Origin: Bordetella parapertussis
GTDB lineage: Bacteria; Pseudomonadota; Gammaproteobacteria; Burkholderiales; SG8-41
Assembly: GCA_945906935.1 (NCBI GenBank)
Contig: CAMDSO010000004.1
Span: 7,427-71,426, forward strand
Direction of reading: 5' to 3'
DNA: 64,000 bases
How positions within the stretch are numbered: the first letter of the stretch is position 1; each line of letters begins with the position of its first letter. The position numbers and the translations under genes were made by a program. The notes below the pieces were generated by a model. The model was given only the letters and a program-made list of their open reading frames with translations, was not told the origin of the DNA and made no database searches. Below, one piece after another: positions 1 through 7,946 of this stretch.

Positions 1-236
1 CAGAGCGGCGTCTTGAGCTCGCCGGGTTTTGCCACTGTCATGCTGCCAGCCAAAGACGTCAACACGAAGATTCCGTTCGACGGCACGGTGTGCGATCTGG
101 AGTTGCCGACACTGCGTTAATATCCGACATCGCAGGGGGCGGTCGCTCCCTGTCAATGTCCCGGTTTAGGGTAGGCGCCGGTCTGCATCAAGCGACCGGC
201 AAGTGCAAACAGTTTCAAAGGGGGAGGTCGGGCGCC

Positions 237-833
237 ATGGCCAGCAACGCGATGTATCTTGTGTGCGACATGCTCAATGATCTTGTGCATGAGGACGGAC
301 CCAGTAAAAAAACATACGGGCCGGAACTTGCGCGTCGCAACACCGTGGCGAACACGGCCGAGGCAATAAGAAAAGCACGCGAAGCCGGCGTCAAGATCGG
401 TTATGTGCGTATCGGTTTTTCAGCGGACTATCGTGAGTGTCCGCCGAATTCGCGCATTTTTCAGGGCGCAAAAAAGGCCGGCATGTTCAAGCTCGGCGGC
501 TGGGGCACTGAAGTGCATCCGGCGCTGGCGCCGCAACCCGGCGACTTTGATATCATCAAGCATCGCGTCAGCCCGTTCTACGCGACCTCGCTCGAAGCCA
601 TACTGCAGGCGCAGCAGATTAAACGCCTCTATGTATCAGGCGTCTCATCGAGCGGTGCGGTATTGTCCGCCGCCAAGGATGGTCATGACCGTGGTTATGA
701 TTTATTCATACTTGACGACTGCTGCTGCGCACTGAACGAAGCGCAACATCAGGCGGTGATTGACCAGGTCAAGCGCATGACCACGGTGCTGACTTCGGCC
801 GAGGTTACGTTTAACGAAGAAGCCTCGCTCTAG
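237..833 (+). CDS. Isochorismatase-family (cysteine-hydrolase fold) protein
   Basis: ORF 90-833. ATG 237 is preceded by GGGGAGG. Family strands present: YLVCDMLNDLV, IIKHRVSPFY, GVSSSGAVLSAAKDG. The usual nucleophile Cys position appears to be Ala, as in true isochorismatases. Confidence 0.75.
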   Translation: MASNAMYLVCDMLNDLVHEDGPSKKTYGPELARRNTVANTAEAIRKAREAGVKIGYVRIGFSADYRECPPNSRIFQGAKKAGMFKLGGWGTEVHPALAPQPGDFDIIKHRVSPFYATSLEAILQAQQIKRLYVSGVSSSGAVLSAAKDGHDRGYDLFILDDCCCALNEAQHQAVIDQVKRMTTVLTSAEVTFNEEASL

Positions 834-846
834 ATAAGAAAGTTCG

Positions 847-890
847 CTCGCCCCGCTTTACCGGGGTGAGGCTAGGTTTGAGGGGGGGGG
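847..890 (+). repeat. G-rich hairpin repeat (family: CCC-rich arm / GGGG-arm, then GGTGAGG/GGGG tail)
   Basis: CTCGCCCCG-CTTTA-CCGGGGTGAGGCTAGGTTTGAGGGGGGGGG, directly after the stop at 833. Confidence 0.6.
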
Positions 891-972
891 CGTTTTTAAA
901 ACGCGCCGTGCCCTTCACCGCCCGCTTTTGACGGCGGATAGGGAATGCAAGACAGGAGGAGACAGGAGGAAT

Positions 973-1947
973 ATGAAGACCATGCTTAGGCTGCGTATTG
1001 CAGTGGGTTGCGTGTTGGCAGCGCTGCTGGCTGGCGCGCAGGCGCAGAATTATCCATCGCGTCCGATCCGATTTATCGTGCCGATCGCGGCCGGCGGTGG
1101 CGCTGACCTCGTGGCGCGCGTGATTGCGGAGCGCCTTTCCAGAAATCTGGGGCAGCAGGTCGTGGTTGAAAATCGTGCTGGTGGCGGTACTGTGATCGGT
1201 GCCGAACTCGTCGCGAGGTCTCCCGCTGACGGTTACACCTGGCTGCTCGGTACGGCGACCTCGCATGCTATTAACGCGAGTCTGGTCAAAAAGTTGCCAT
1301 ACGATCCGGTGAAAGACTTTGCGCCGATCGCGCTGGTGGCGGTGTTGCCACAGATTATTGTTATCCATCCCGCGCTGCCGGCGGCAAGCCTGACAGACTT
1401 CATCGCGCTGGCGAAGAAACGTCCGGGCGAAATTCTGTTTGGCTCACCCGGTAACGGCAGTAACAATCAGCTGGGTGCCGAGATGCTCAACATCGTCGCT
1501 GGCATTAAGACCCTGCACGTGCCCTACAAGGGGGCCGGCCCCGCGATCACCGATCTGCTCGCCGGTCATCTGCAATTTATGTTCACCACCATTCCACCCG
1601 CGCTGCCGCAGGTGAAAGCGGGGCGCCTGCGCGCGCTCGCAGTGGCGGGGGCAAAGCGCTCGGCGCTGCTGCCGGAACTGCCGACCACCGCCGAACAGGG
1701 CGCGCGTGGTGTGGAGGCCGCCTCGTGGAACGGCATACTGCTGCCGGCCGGTGCGCCGCGCGACATCATTACCCGTTTGCATGCAGAGATCGGCGTTGTG
1801 ATGAAGCAGCCGGAGGTGATCGAACGCCTCGCCGGTGCCGGCGTAGAGGCGGCGATGATGTCTCCTGAGGAATTCGCCGCCTATATCGAATCGGAAACCG
1901 CGCGTTATGCCAAAGTCGTTAAATCGTCCGGCGCGCGTGTGGATTAA
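973..1947 (+). CDS. Bug/TctC-family periplasmic tripartite tricarboxylate transporter substrate-binding protein
   Basis: ATG 973 after AGGAGGA. Signal peptide ends AQAQ, then NYPSRPIRFIVPIAAGGGAD, VENRAGGG, PADGYT, HVPYKGAGPA, GRLRALAV. Confidence 0.9.
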   Translation: MKTMLRLRIAVGCVLAALLAGAQAQNYPSRPIRFIVPIAAGGGADLVARVIAERLSRNLGQQVVVENRAGGGTVIGAELVARSPADGYTWLLGTATSHAINASLVKKLPYDPVKDFAPIALVAVLPQIIVIHPALPAASLTDFIALAKKRPGEILFGSPGNGSNNQLGAEMLNIVAGIKTLHVPYKGAGPAITDLLAGHLQFMFTTIPPALPQVKAGRLRALAVAGAKRSALLPELPTTAEQGARGVEAASWNGILLPAGAPRDIITRLHAEIGVVMKQPEVIERLAGAGVEAAMMSPEEFAAYIESETARYAKVVKSSGARVD

Positions 1948-2902
1948 ACGCAGCGCGTTCGTTTTGCTCGGCACCGGTGGCGCTTGCGCCGCCGCCGAAC
2001 CCGTCGACCTTTATCCGTCGCGGCCGTTGCGGTTTGTCGTCGGCTTCACGCCGGGCGGCGGTTCCGATCTGGTGGCCCGACTGCTCGGTCAGAAACTCAC
2101 TGAGAATTTGGGGCAGCCTGTGGTGGTCGACAACCGACCGGGTGCTGGCGGCAATCTCGCCAATGAAATCGTCGTTAAAGCCGCGCCCGATGCTTACAGC
2201 GTATTGATCGCCTCGTCGAGCTTCACCATACAGCCGGCGATCCACAACAACCTGAGCTACAAGCCGCAAATCGATTTCGCACCTGTCGTGCTCGCTAGTG
2301 CATCGCCTTATCTGCTGGTGGTGCATCCGTCGGTGCCGGCGCAATCGGTGAAGGAACTGATTGTGCTGGCGAAAGCACAGCCGGGCAAACTCAATTACGC
2401 CTCGGCCGGTGCTGGTAGCGCGCTGCATCTGGCCTCTGAGTTGTTCAAAAGTATGGCGGGTGTGGATATCGTGCATGTGCCGTACAAAGGTGCGAACGGC
2501 ATACCAGACCTCATCGCCGGTGCGGTGCAGGTAACGATCGCCGGTCCGCCACAGACCATGGTGCATGTGCGCGCCGGGCGCCTGCGTGCGCTGGCCGTTA
2601 CATCATCGAAGCGTGCGGCCGTCGCGCCGCAACTGCCGACTATCGCCGAAGCCGGTGTGCCGGGCTACGAAGTCGATTCCTGGTACGGCGCACTGTTGCC
2701 TGCTGCATCGCCGCGTGCGCGCATTGAAAAACTTGCCGCCGAAATCAACCGCGCACTTGCCAGCACCGATCTGCGCGAAAAATTGCTGGCGCAGGGGCTG
2801 GAGCCACGCGGCGGTAGTTCGGTGGAGTTTGCGGCGGTGATACGCGGTGATATTGCGAAGTGGACGAAGGTGGTTGCGGACGCCGGGATCAGGGCGGATT
2901 GA
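1907..2902 (+). CDS. Bug/TctC-family substrate-binding protein
   Basis: LYPSRPLRFVVGFTPGGGSD, VDNRPGAGG, HVPYKGANG, GRLRALAV, PTIAEAGVPGY. The start is either ATG 1907 or GTG 1937; both overlap the end of the upstream gene. Confidence 0.88.
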   Translation: MPKSLNRPARVWIKRSAFVLLGTGGACAAAEPVDLYPSRPLRFVVGFTPGGGSDLVARLLGQKLTENLGQPVVVDNRPGAGGNLANEIVVKAAPDAYSVLIASSSFTIQPAIHNNLSYKPQIDFAPVVLASASPYLLVVHPSVPAQSVKELIVLAKAQPGKLNYASAGAGSALHLASELFKSMAGVDIVHVPYKGANGIPDLIAGAVQVTIAGPPQTMVHVRAGRLRALAVTSSKRAAVAPQLPTIAEAGVPGYEVDSWYGALLPAASPRARIEKLAAEINRALASTDLREKLLAQGLEPRGGSSVEFAAVIRGDIAKWTKVVADAGIRAD

Positions 2903-2972
2903 CCTATGCGATTGATCAATCTTTTGTGCGCAGTATTTGTTTTCGATGTGACGAGTGCGCCTGGAGGCGTGA

Positions 2973-3019
2973 CTCCCTTCCTTGCGCGCGTACGCGCGGG
3001 GGAGGGCTGGGGTGAGGGC
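2973..3019 (+). repeat. G-rich hairpin repeat
   Basis: CTCCCTTCCTTGCGCGCGTACGCGCGGGGGAGGGCTGGGGTGAGGG. Confidence 0.6.
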
Positions 3020-3076
3020 GTACGCTCGTGCTATTTGCGTCTTCGTTTCTTGTTGGCCGGGGGCAGCCCGGCGGCT

Positions 3077-3110
3077 GGTTACTTTTCTTGCTTCGCCAAG
3101 AAAAGTAACC
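3077..3110. repeat. Perfect 14-bp inverted repeat GGTTACTTTTCTTG-N6-CAAGAAAAGTAACC within a long non-coding spacer
   Basis: Read directly from the sequence. It lies in the ~300-390 bp spacer between two Bug genes, which ORF 2906-4255 translates spuriously. Confidence 0.8.
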
Positions 3111-3196
3111 AAAAGAAGGCGACCCCCGGTTCGCCGGTCCTGCGGACTCCCCTGCGCTGCTCGCCGCGCCGGGCGGCTGCGGAACTCGCCCTCGCG

Positions 3197-4255
3197 ATGG
3201 AGCTGCGAGGGCTCAGACAGTCCTCGCCGACTGCCCCCGACACGGCTGCGCTGCTCGGCGGCTCTCAGGGGGAGGGAAAGGTTAAACCTCTAGTTTTTTC
3301 GTTGCTGGTGTTTATTGGCGCGCTGCATTGCTTTTGTAGCTCCATCGCGTTTGCAGCTACATATCCCGAACGCCCCCTAAGATTCCTGATCCCGTTTCCG
3401 CCCGGCGGTGGCGCCGATAATCTCGCGCGCATTGTCGCGGTGAATGCAGCTGAGTCGCTGGGCCAGCAGATCATCATCGACAACCGGGCGGGGGCGGGCG
3501 GCAATATCGCCGCCGAGACGGTGGCGAAGGCGGCGCCTGATGGTTATACCTTGCTGCAGTCAAATATTTCGCATGCCATCAGCGCCTCGTTGTATCGAAA
3601 CCTGAACTACGACCTGGCGCGCGATTTTGTCCACGTGACGCAGCTTGCATCGATTCCGTTCGCGCTGGCAACACATCCATCGCTGGGCGTTTCGACGGTG
3701 CGCGAACTGGTTGCAATGGTCAAGGCAAAGCCTGCGCAGTATGTCTATGCGTCGTCGGGCAACGGCGGGCCTAGTCACCTTGCAATGGAAATGTTCAAGA
3801 CGCTGAATGGCGTCGATATTCGCCACGTACCCTACAAGGGGGCTGCGGCGATTTCGACCGATCTCGTCGCCAATCAGGTGCAAATGAGTTTTTTTACCAC
3901 GGCCGGCCTTCTGCCCCTGATCAGTGGCGGGCGTGTCAGGCCGATTGCAATTGCGAGTGCCCGGCGTTCGGCTCTGGTGCCCGACCTGGCGACCTTTGGC
4001 GAACAGGGTATGCCGGGATTTGAAGCGACGACGTGGTTCGGTGTCAGTCTGCCAAAAGGTTCGCCGGCAGAGGCCGTGAAGCGTTTGCATGCGGTGTTTA
4101 CGCAGGCATTGAAAGTGCCGGAGGTGCGCGAGCGGCTGACCGCCCAAGGGTTTGACATCGTCGCTAGTACACCATCGGACTTCGATGCCTTTGTGCGTGC
4201 TGAAATGCATCGCTGGAGCAAAGTCGTGAAGGAATCGCGTGCGACCGTTGATTGA
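3197..4255 (+). CDS. Bug/TctC-family substrate-binding protein
   Basis: Mature part ATYPERPLRFLIPFPPGGGAD, IDNRAGAGG, APDGYT, HVPYKGAAA. ORF 2906-4255 has a spurious N-terminal extension across intergenic repeats. The true start is uncertain: ATG 3197, or TTG/GTG near 3300 after GGAGGGAAAGG. Confidence 0.85.
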   Translation: MELRGLRQSSPTAPDTAALLGGSQGEGKVKPLVFSLLVFIGALHCFCSSIAFAATYPERPLRFLIPFPPGGGADNLARIVAVNAAESLGQQIIIDNRAGAGGNIAAETVAKAAPDGYTLLQSNISHAISASLYRNLNYDLARDFVHVTQLASIPFALATHPSLGVSTVRELVAMVKAKPAQYVYASSGNGGPSHLAMEMFKTLNGVDIRHVPYKGAAAISTDLVANQVQMSFFTTAGLLPLISGGRVRPIAIASARRSALVPDLATFGEQGMPGFEATTWFGVSLPKGSPAEAVKRLHAVFTQALKVPEVRERLTAQGFDIVASTPSDFDAFVRAEMHRWSKVVKESRATVD

Positions 4256-4274
4256 GAGCGCAGATACAAAATCG

Positions 4275-4315
4275 CCCTCGTCCCGCGACAGCGGGGGGAG
4301 GGCAGGGGTGAGGGG
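4275..4315 (+). repeat. G-rich hairpin repeat
   Basis: CCCTCGTCCCGCGACAGCGGGGGGAGGGCAGGGGTGAGGGG. Confidence 0.65.
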
Positions 4316-4352
4316 CGGGCGGTTGCATGGTGCGCAGTGCATCCACATTCTG

Positions 4353-5354
4353 ATGCGTTTCCTTGTGGGAGTGACAGCGGGCGTGTCCGGTTTGATTTCA
4401 AGACCACTGCTCGGCATCGCGTGTGTATCGCTGGCCGTGGCTAGCAGCGCACAAGACTATCCGACGCGCCCCATCCGTTATGTCGTGCCCTTCACCGCTG
4501 GCGGTGGCGGCGACATCATCATCCGCGAAGTGGCGCAGCGCCTGACGGCGCGCCTCGGCCAGACGGTGATTGTTGACAACCGCGCCGGTGCCGGCGGCAG
4601 TCTTGGTACTGAAATCGTCGCGCGTGCCGCGCCCGATGGTTATACCTTGCTGATGGCCAATGTGGCGCCGATGGCGATCAATGTTAGCGTGTATAAAAAA
4701 CTCAACTACGATCCACTGAGGGATTTCGCGCCGGTGACGACGCTGGCGTCCTTCCCCAATATACTGGTTTTGCATCCGTCGGTGCCGGCGCAAACGCTGC
4801 CGCAGTTGATCGCGCTGGCGCGGGCGAAACCGGGGCAGCTGACTTACGCTTCGGCCGGCGCCGGCAGCACGACGCATCTGGCGGCGGAGTTTTTCAAGAG
4901 CCGCGCCGGCGTTGATTTGATCCATGTGCCGTACAAGGGCGGCGGCGCTGCGCTTATTGATTTGGTGGCGGGGCAGGTCACACTTTATTTCAGCAGTCTG
5001 CCGGCGGCCCTGCCGATGGTACGCAGCAACCGCTTGCGCGCGCTGGGTGTGACGGGGCTCGCGCGCGCTATCGCTGCGCCTGATGTGCCGACGATTGCCG
5101 AATCGGGCTTTCCCGGTTTCGAAGCGGTGACCTGGATCGGTGCAGTAGCGCCGGCCGCTACGCCACCGGCGATTATCACGCGACTCAATAAGGAACTCGT
5201 CGAGATCATGCAGGCCGCCGACATGCGCGACAAGATGATTGCGCAGGGCGCCGAACCGATGACCAATACGCCCGAACATTTCGCCGTCTATATCAAAACC
5301 GAAACTGCCAAGTGGGCGGCAGTGGTGAAGCAGGCGGGAATTGCGGCGCAGTGA
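4353..5354 (+). CDS. Bug/TctC-family substrate-binding protein
   Basis: ATG 4353 gives signal peptide MRFLVGVTAGVSGL...ASSAQ, then DYPTRPIRYVVPFTAGGGGD, VDNRAGAGG, HVPYKGGGAA, NRLRALGV. Confidence 0.9.
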   Translation: MRFLVGVTAGVSGLISRPLLGIACVSLAVASSAQDYPTRPIRYVVPFTAGGGGDIIIREVAQRLTARLGQTVIVDNRAGAGGSLGTEIVARAAPDGYTLLMANVAPMAINVSVYKKLNYDPLRDFAPVTTLASFPNILVLHPSVPAQTLPQLIALARAKPGQLTYASAGAGSTTHLAAEFFKSRAGVDLIHVPYKGGGAALIDLVAGQVTLYFSSLPAALPMVRSNRLRALGVTGLARAIAAPDVPTIAESGFPGFEAVTWIGAVAPAATPPAIITRLNKELVEIMQAADMRDKMIAQGAEPMTNTPEHFAVYIKTETAKWAAVVKQAGIAAQ

Positions 5355-6253
5355 TGACCGGTACGCCGCGTGAAATCGAACTGGTGATCGGCTTTTCGCC
5401 GGGTAGCATGTCGGATGACATCGCGAAATGTTTGATTGATGCGATGCGTTCTGAATGCGGCATCGCGCTCACGGTCACCCGCCGGCCCGGGGCCAACGGC
5501 GTCAACGCCGCGCGTCACGTCGCGGCATGTGCTGCTGACGGCGCGACGCTGTTCATGGCAACCCTCGGCACGCATGCCATCGCACCGCTGCTCAATACGC
5601 CCGCACCTTATGACCCGCTGCGTGATTTCGCAGCAGTCTCGCTGCTCACCCAATCGCCGATGCTGCTGGCCTGTCATCCGGCGCTGGGGGTGCGCTCGGT
5701 CGCTGATTTGATTGCGCGCGCGCGCGCTGAACCGCCGTTGACCTATGCGACCTCGGCGACTGGCGGTGCGCCGCATCTGGCCGCCGGGTTGTTCGAGTCC
5801 ATCACCGGTGTGCGTATGCGTCATGTGCGCTATGACGAGACCGAACGACTCTACCGCGATCTCGAAGCCGGCCGGGTGGATCTGAGCTTCAACAATATTG
5901 CCTCCATGTTGCCACGCTGCAAAGACGGCGGCTTGATTGCCCTGGGGGTGTCGACTGCCGCGCGCAGTGCCGCGGCGACTGAGTTACCGACGCTCGCCGA
6001 GGCCGGCGTATCGGGCTATGCGATGAGCAACTGGACCGGCATCGTCGCACCACCCGCTACGTCACCCGCAGTGACAGCGGCATTAAGCGAGGTGTTTGCC
6101 ACCGCATTGCGCGCGCCACCTGTCAGCGCATGGTTGAATGCACAGGGCGTCACCCCGCGCGGTAGCGCGCCAGGCGAACTGACGGACTTTATGCAGGCCG
6201 AAGGTGAACGCTGGCGCGCCGTGGTGGCGCGCATAACAGCGGCGAGGGTATGA
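5354..6253 (+). CDS. Divergent Bug/TctC-like protein without signal peptide
   Basis: ATG 5354 overlaps the upstream TGA (TGATG). It starts MTGTPREIELVIGFSPGSMSDD, directly at the position of the mature-protein motif. HVPYKG is degraded to HVRYDE. Family motifs retained: DPLRDFA, PTLAEAGVSGY. Confidence 0.75.
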   Translation: MTGTPREIELVIGFSPGSMSDDIAKCLIDAMRSECGIALTVTRRPGANGVNAARHVAACAADGATLFMATLGTHAIAPLLNTPAPYDPLRDFAAVSLLTQSPMLLACHPALGVRSVADLIARARAEPPLTYATSATGGAPHLAAGLFESITGVRMRHVRYDETERLYRDLEAGRVDLSFNNIASMLPRCKDGGLIALGVSTAARSAAATELPTLAEAGVSGYAMSNWTGIVAPPATSPAVTAALSEVFATALRAPPVSAWLNAQGVTPRGSAPGELTDFMQAEGERWRAVVARITAARV

Positions 6254-6293
6254 GATTGATCGTGGCAATCAAAGCGGTGAAGCTGGGATGCTG

Positions 6294-6316
6294 TGACGCT
6301 ATGACGCTATGACGCA
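6294..6316 (+). repeat. Tandem octamer TGACGCTA x3 (last copy TGACGCA)
   Basis: Read directly. It sits immediately upstream of, and overlapping, the first ATG of the selenoprotein candidate. Confidence 0.7.
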
Positions 6317-7946
6317 AAGGGAAATGACTATGAGTGACACGCAAATGGTTCTCGATCCGGTGGCGCCCGCCAGCGTGGCCGGTGACAGCGCGACTTTTCG
6401 TCCACTGGCAACACTGGCCGGCAAGGTCGTCGCTTTCATCGATAACTCGAAACCGAATTTCAGCTTGCTTGCCGACGATCTCGGCGAATTGCTGATGGCG
6501 AAATACGGGGTGGTGAAAATCGTCAGGCACCGCAAGCCGACCGCTTCGGTATCGGCCTCGCCGCAGGTGTTCGCCGATATCAAGCAGCAATGTGATCTGG
6601 TTATCACAGGCTCCGGCGACTGAGGGGGCTGCACGTCGTGGAGTGTCCACGACAGTGTAGAGGGCGCGAAGCAGGGTCTGAGTGCGCTGGTGGTGTGTTC
6701 GACTGCCTTTATTACGCTCGGTCGTTCGCAATTGCACGCGCTGGGTGGCGGTAGTTTGCCGATCGCCGTGATGCCGCATCCCTTTGGTGTGCGCACGCGC
6801 GCGCTGGTGCGTGAATTAGCGGAAACGCTGGTCGATGAGATTGTGCGTCTGGCCACCGGCGGCATCGATAAGACCGCGCAGGCGGTCAACGTCGGCAGTG
6901 CAATGATCACTGCTGCTGCGGTACTCGGCATGCCCAATGATTTGATCGCTTTCAATGAAGAATGTGAACGCCGCCGTTGGAGCGATGGCTTGCCGCTGAT
7001 TCCACCAACGGAATCGCGGGTCGAACAGATGCTGACCGGCACACAGCGCGCGCGGCACGCGGTAGTCGCCCGTGTGGCACCGGGTTTCGGCGAGGCGACT
7101 GTGGAACGCATCGCCATTAACGCCGTGATGGCCGGCTGCCGTGCAGAATATCTGCCGGTGTTGATGGCTGCGGTCGAGGCGGTAGCTGATCCGCGGTTCA
7201 ATATTCAGGGCATACAGGCGACCACCAATTCAGCGGCGCCGTGGATCATCGTCAACGGACCGTTGGCGACGCAACTGGGTTTTAACGCAGGACTTAATTG
7301 TCTGGGCCAGGGCACACGCGCCAACGCCACGCTGGGGCGCGCGCTGCGGCTTGTTCTACAAAACATCGGCGGTGCCTTGCCCGGTGAAATGGACAGGGCC
7401 ACGCACGGCCAGCCCGGCAAGTACAGCTTCTGCTGCGCCGAGAATGAAGCGGCCAGTCCGTGGACACCGCTGCATGCCGAGCGCGGTTTTGCGAATGATG
7501 AAAACGTCGTCACCGTGGTGGGTGCTGCGGGTACGTTAAATCTGAATTCGCATTCAAAAGACGCCGCCGATCTGCTGCGTGTGATCGCCGCCAGCATGAG
7601 CTATCCGACCAGCAACGACATGCACTTTGCCGGCGAACCCTGGCTGATTCTGTCGCCTGAGCACGCCGACGTGTTCGCACGTGGCGGCTACGACAAGGTC
7701 ACCCTCAAAGAGTCGATCTGGGCGCAGTCGAAGATGCCCGCTGCTCGTTTCGCGCGCAAGGATTACGATCGCGCCGAACACGCGCGTAGCAGCGAACTTG
7801 GCGGCTTTGCCGTGGATACGCTGGTGCCGATTTCACCGAGTCCGCGTGATATCGGCATCATCGTCGCCGGCGGCCCCGGCACCCACTCGGTCTATGTGCC
7901 AACTTTTGGACAGACGCGCGCGGTATCGCGTCGCATCGGCGCATGA
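6309..7946 (+). CDS. Candidate selenoprotein: U-G-x-C (UGSC/GrdB-like) N-terminal domain fused to an uncharacterised ~420-aa domain. TGA 6621-6623 is read as Sec.
   Basis: ORFs 6309-6623 and 6690-7946 share one frame and are separated only by TGA 6621-6623. Residues on both sides of the TGA (..ITGSGD-U-GGCTSWSVHDSVEGAKQGLSALVVCSTAF..) are homologous to the paralogue at 63684-64000(-). A SECIS-like hairpin begins 11 nt downstream. The likely start is ATG 6330 (after AGGGAA) or ATG 6309. Confidence 0.6.
6624..6660 (+). promoter_or_regulatory. Putative bacterial SECIS element
   Basis: Upper helix GTCGTGGA/TCCACGAC (6635-6642 / 6646-6653) with GUG apical loop. A lower helix spans 6629-6634 / 6555-equivalent 6655-6660 with bulged A6654. 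There is an 11-nt spacer after the UGA. Loop G and U fall at +23/+24 from the U of UGA. Confidence 0.6.

Noticed and set aside
1-120. Open frame from the window start to TAA 118-120 (..GFATVMLPAKDVNTKIPFDGTVCDLELPTLR*), possibly the 3' end of an upstream gene.
   Set aside because: Only 39 codons are visible and there is no recognisable motif, so it cannot be supported from this window alone.
2906-3196. N-terminal extensions of track ORFs. Examples: 2906-3196, 13121-13783(-), 54746-54979, 44567-44677, 36596-36691, 37571-37621, 90-236, 4239-4352.
   Set aside because: The extensions run through intergenic repeats or antisense to neighbouring genes. Internal starts give proper signal peptides and/or Shine-Dalgarno sequences.
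6621-6690. Reading TGA 6621-6623 as an ordinary stop, with an independent downstream gene starting at GTG 6690.
   Set aside because: The peptide encoded between 6624 and 6689 is conserved with the second locus. The 6690 start would fall inside that conserved segment, there is no RBS before 6690, and a SECIS-like hairpin sits at the canonical distance. This is kept as the alternative hypothesis until Sec machinery is confirmed.
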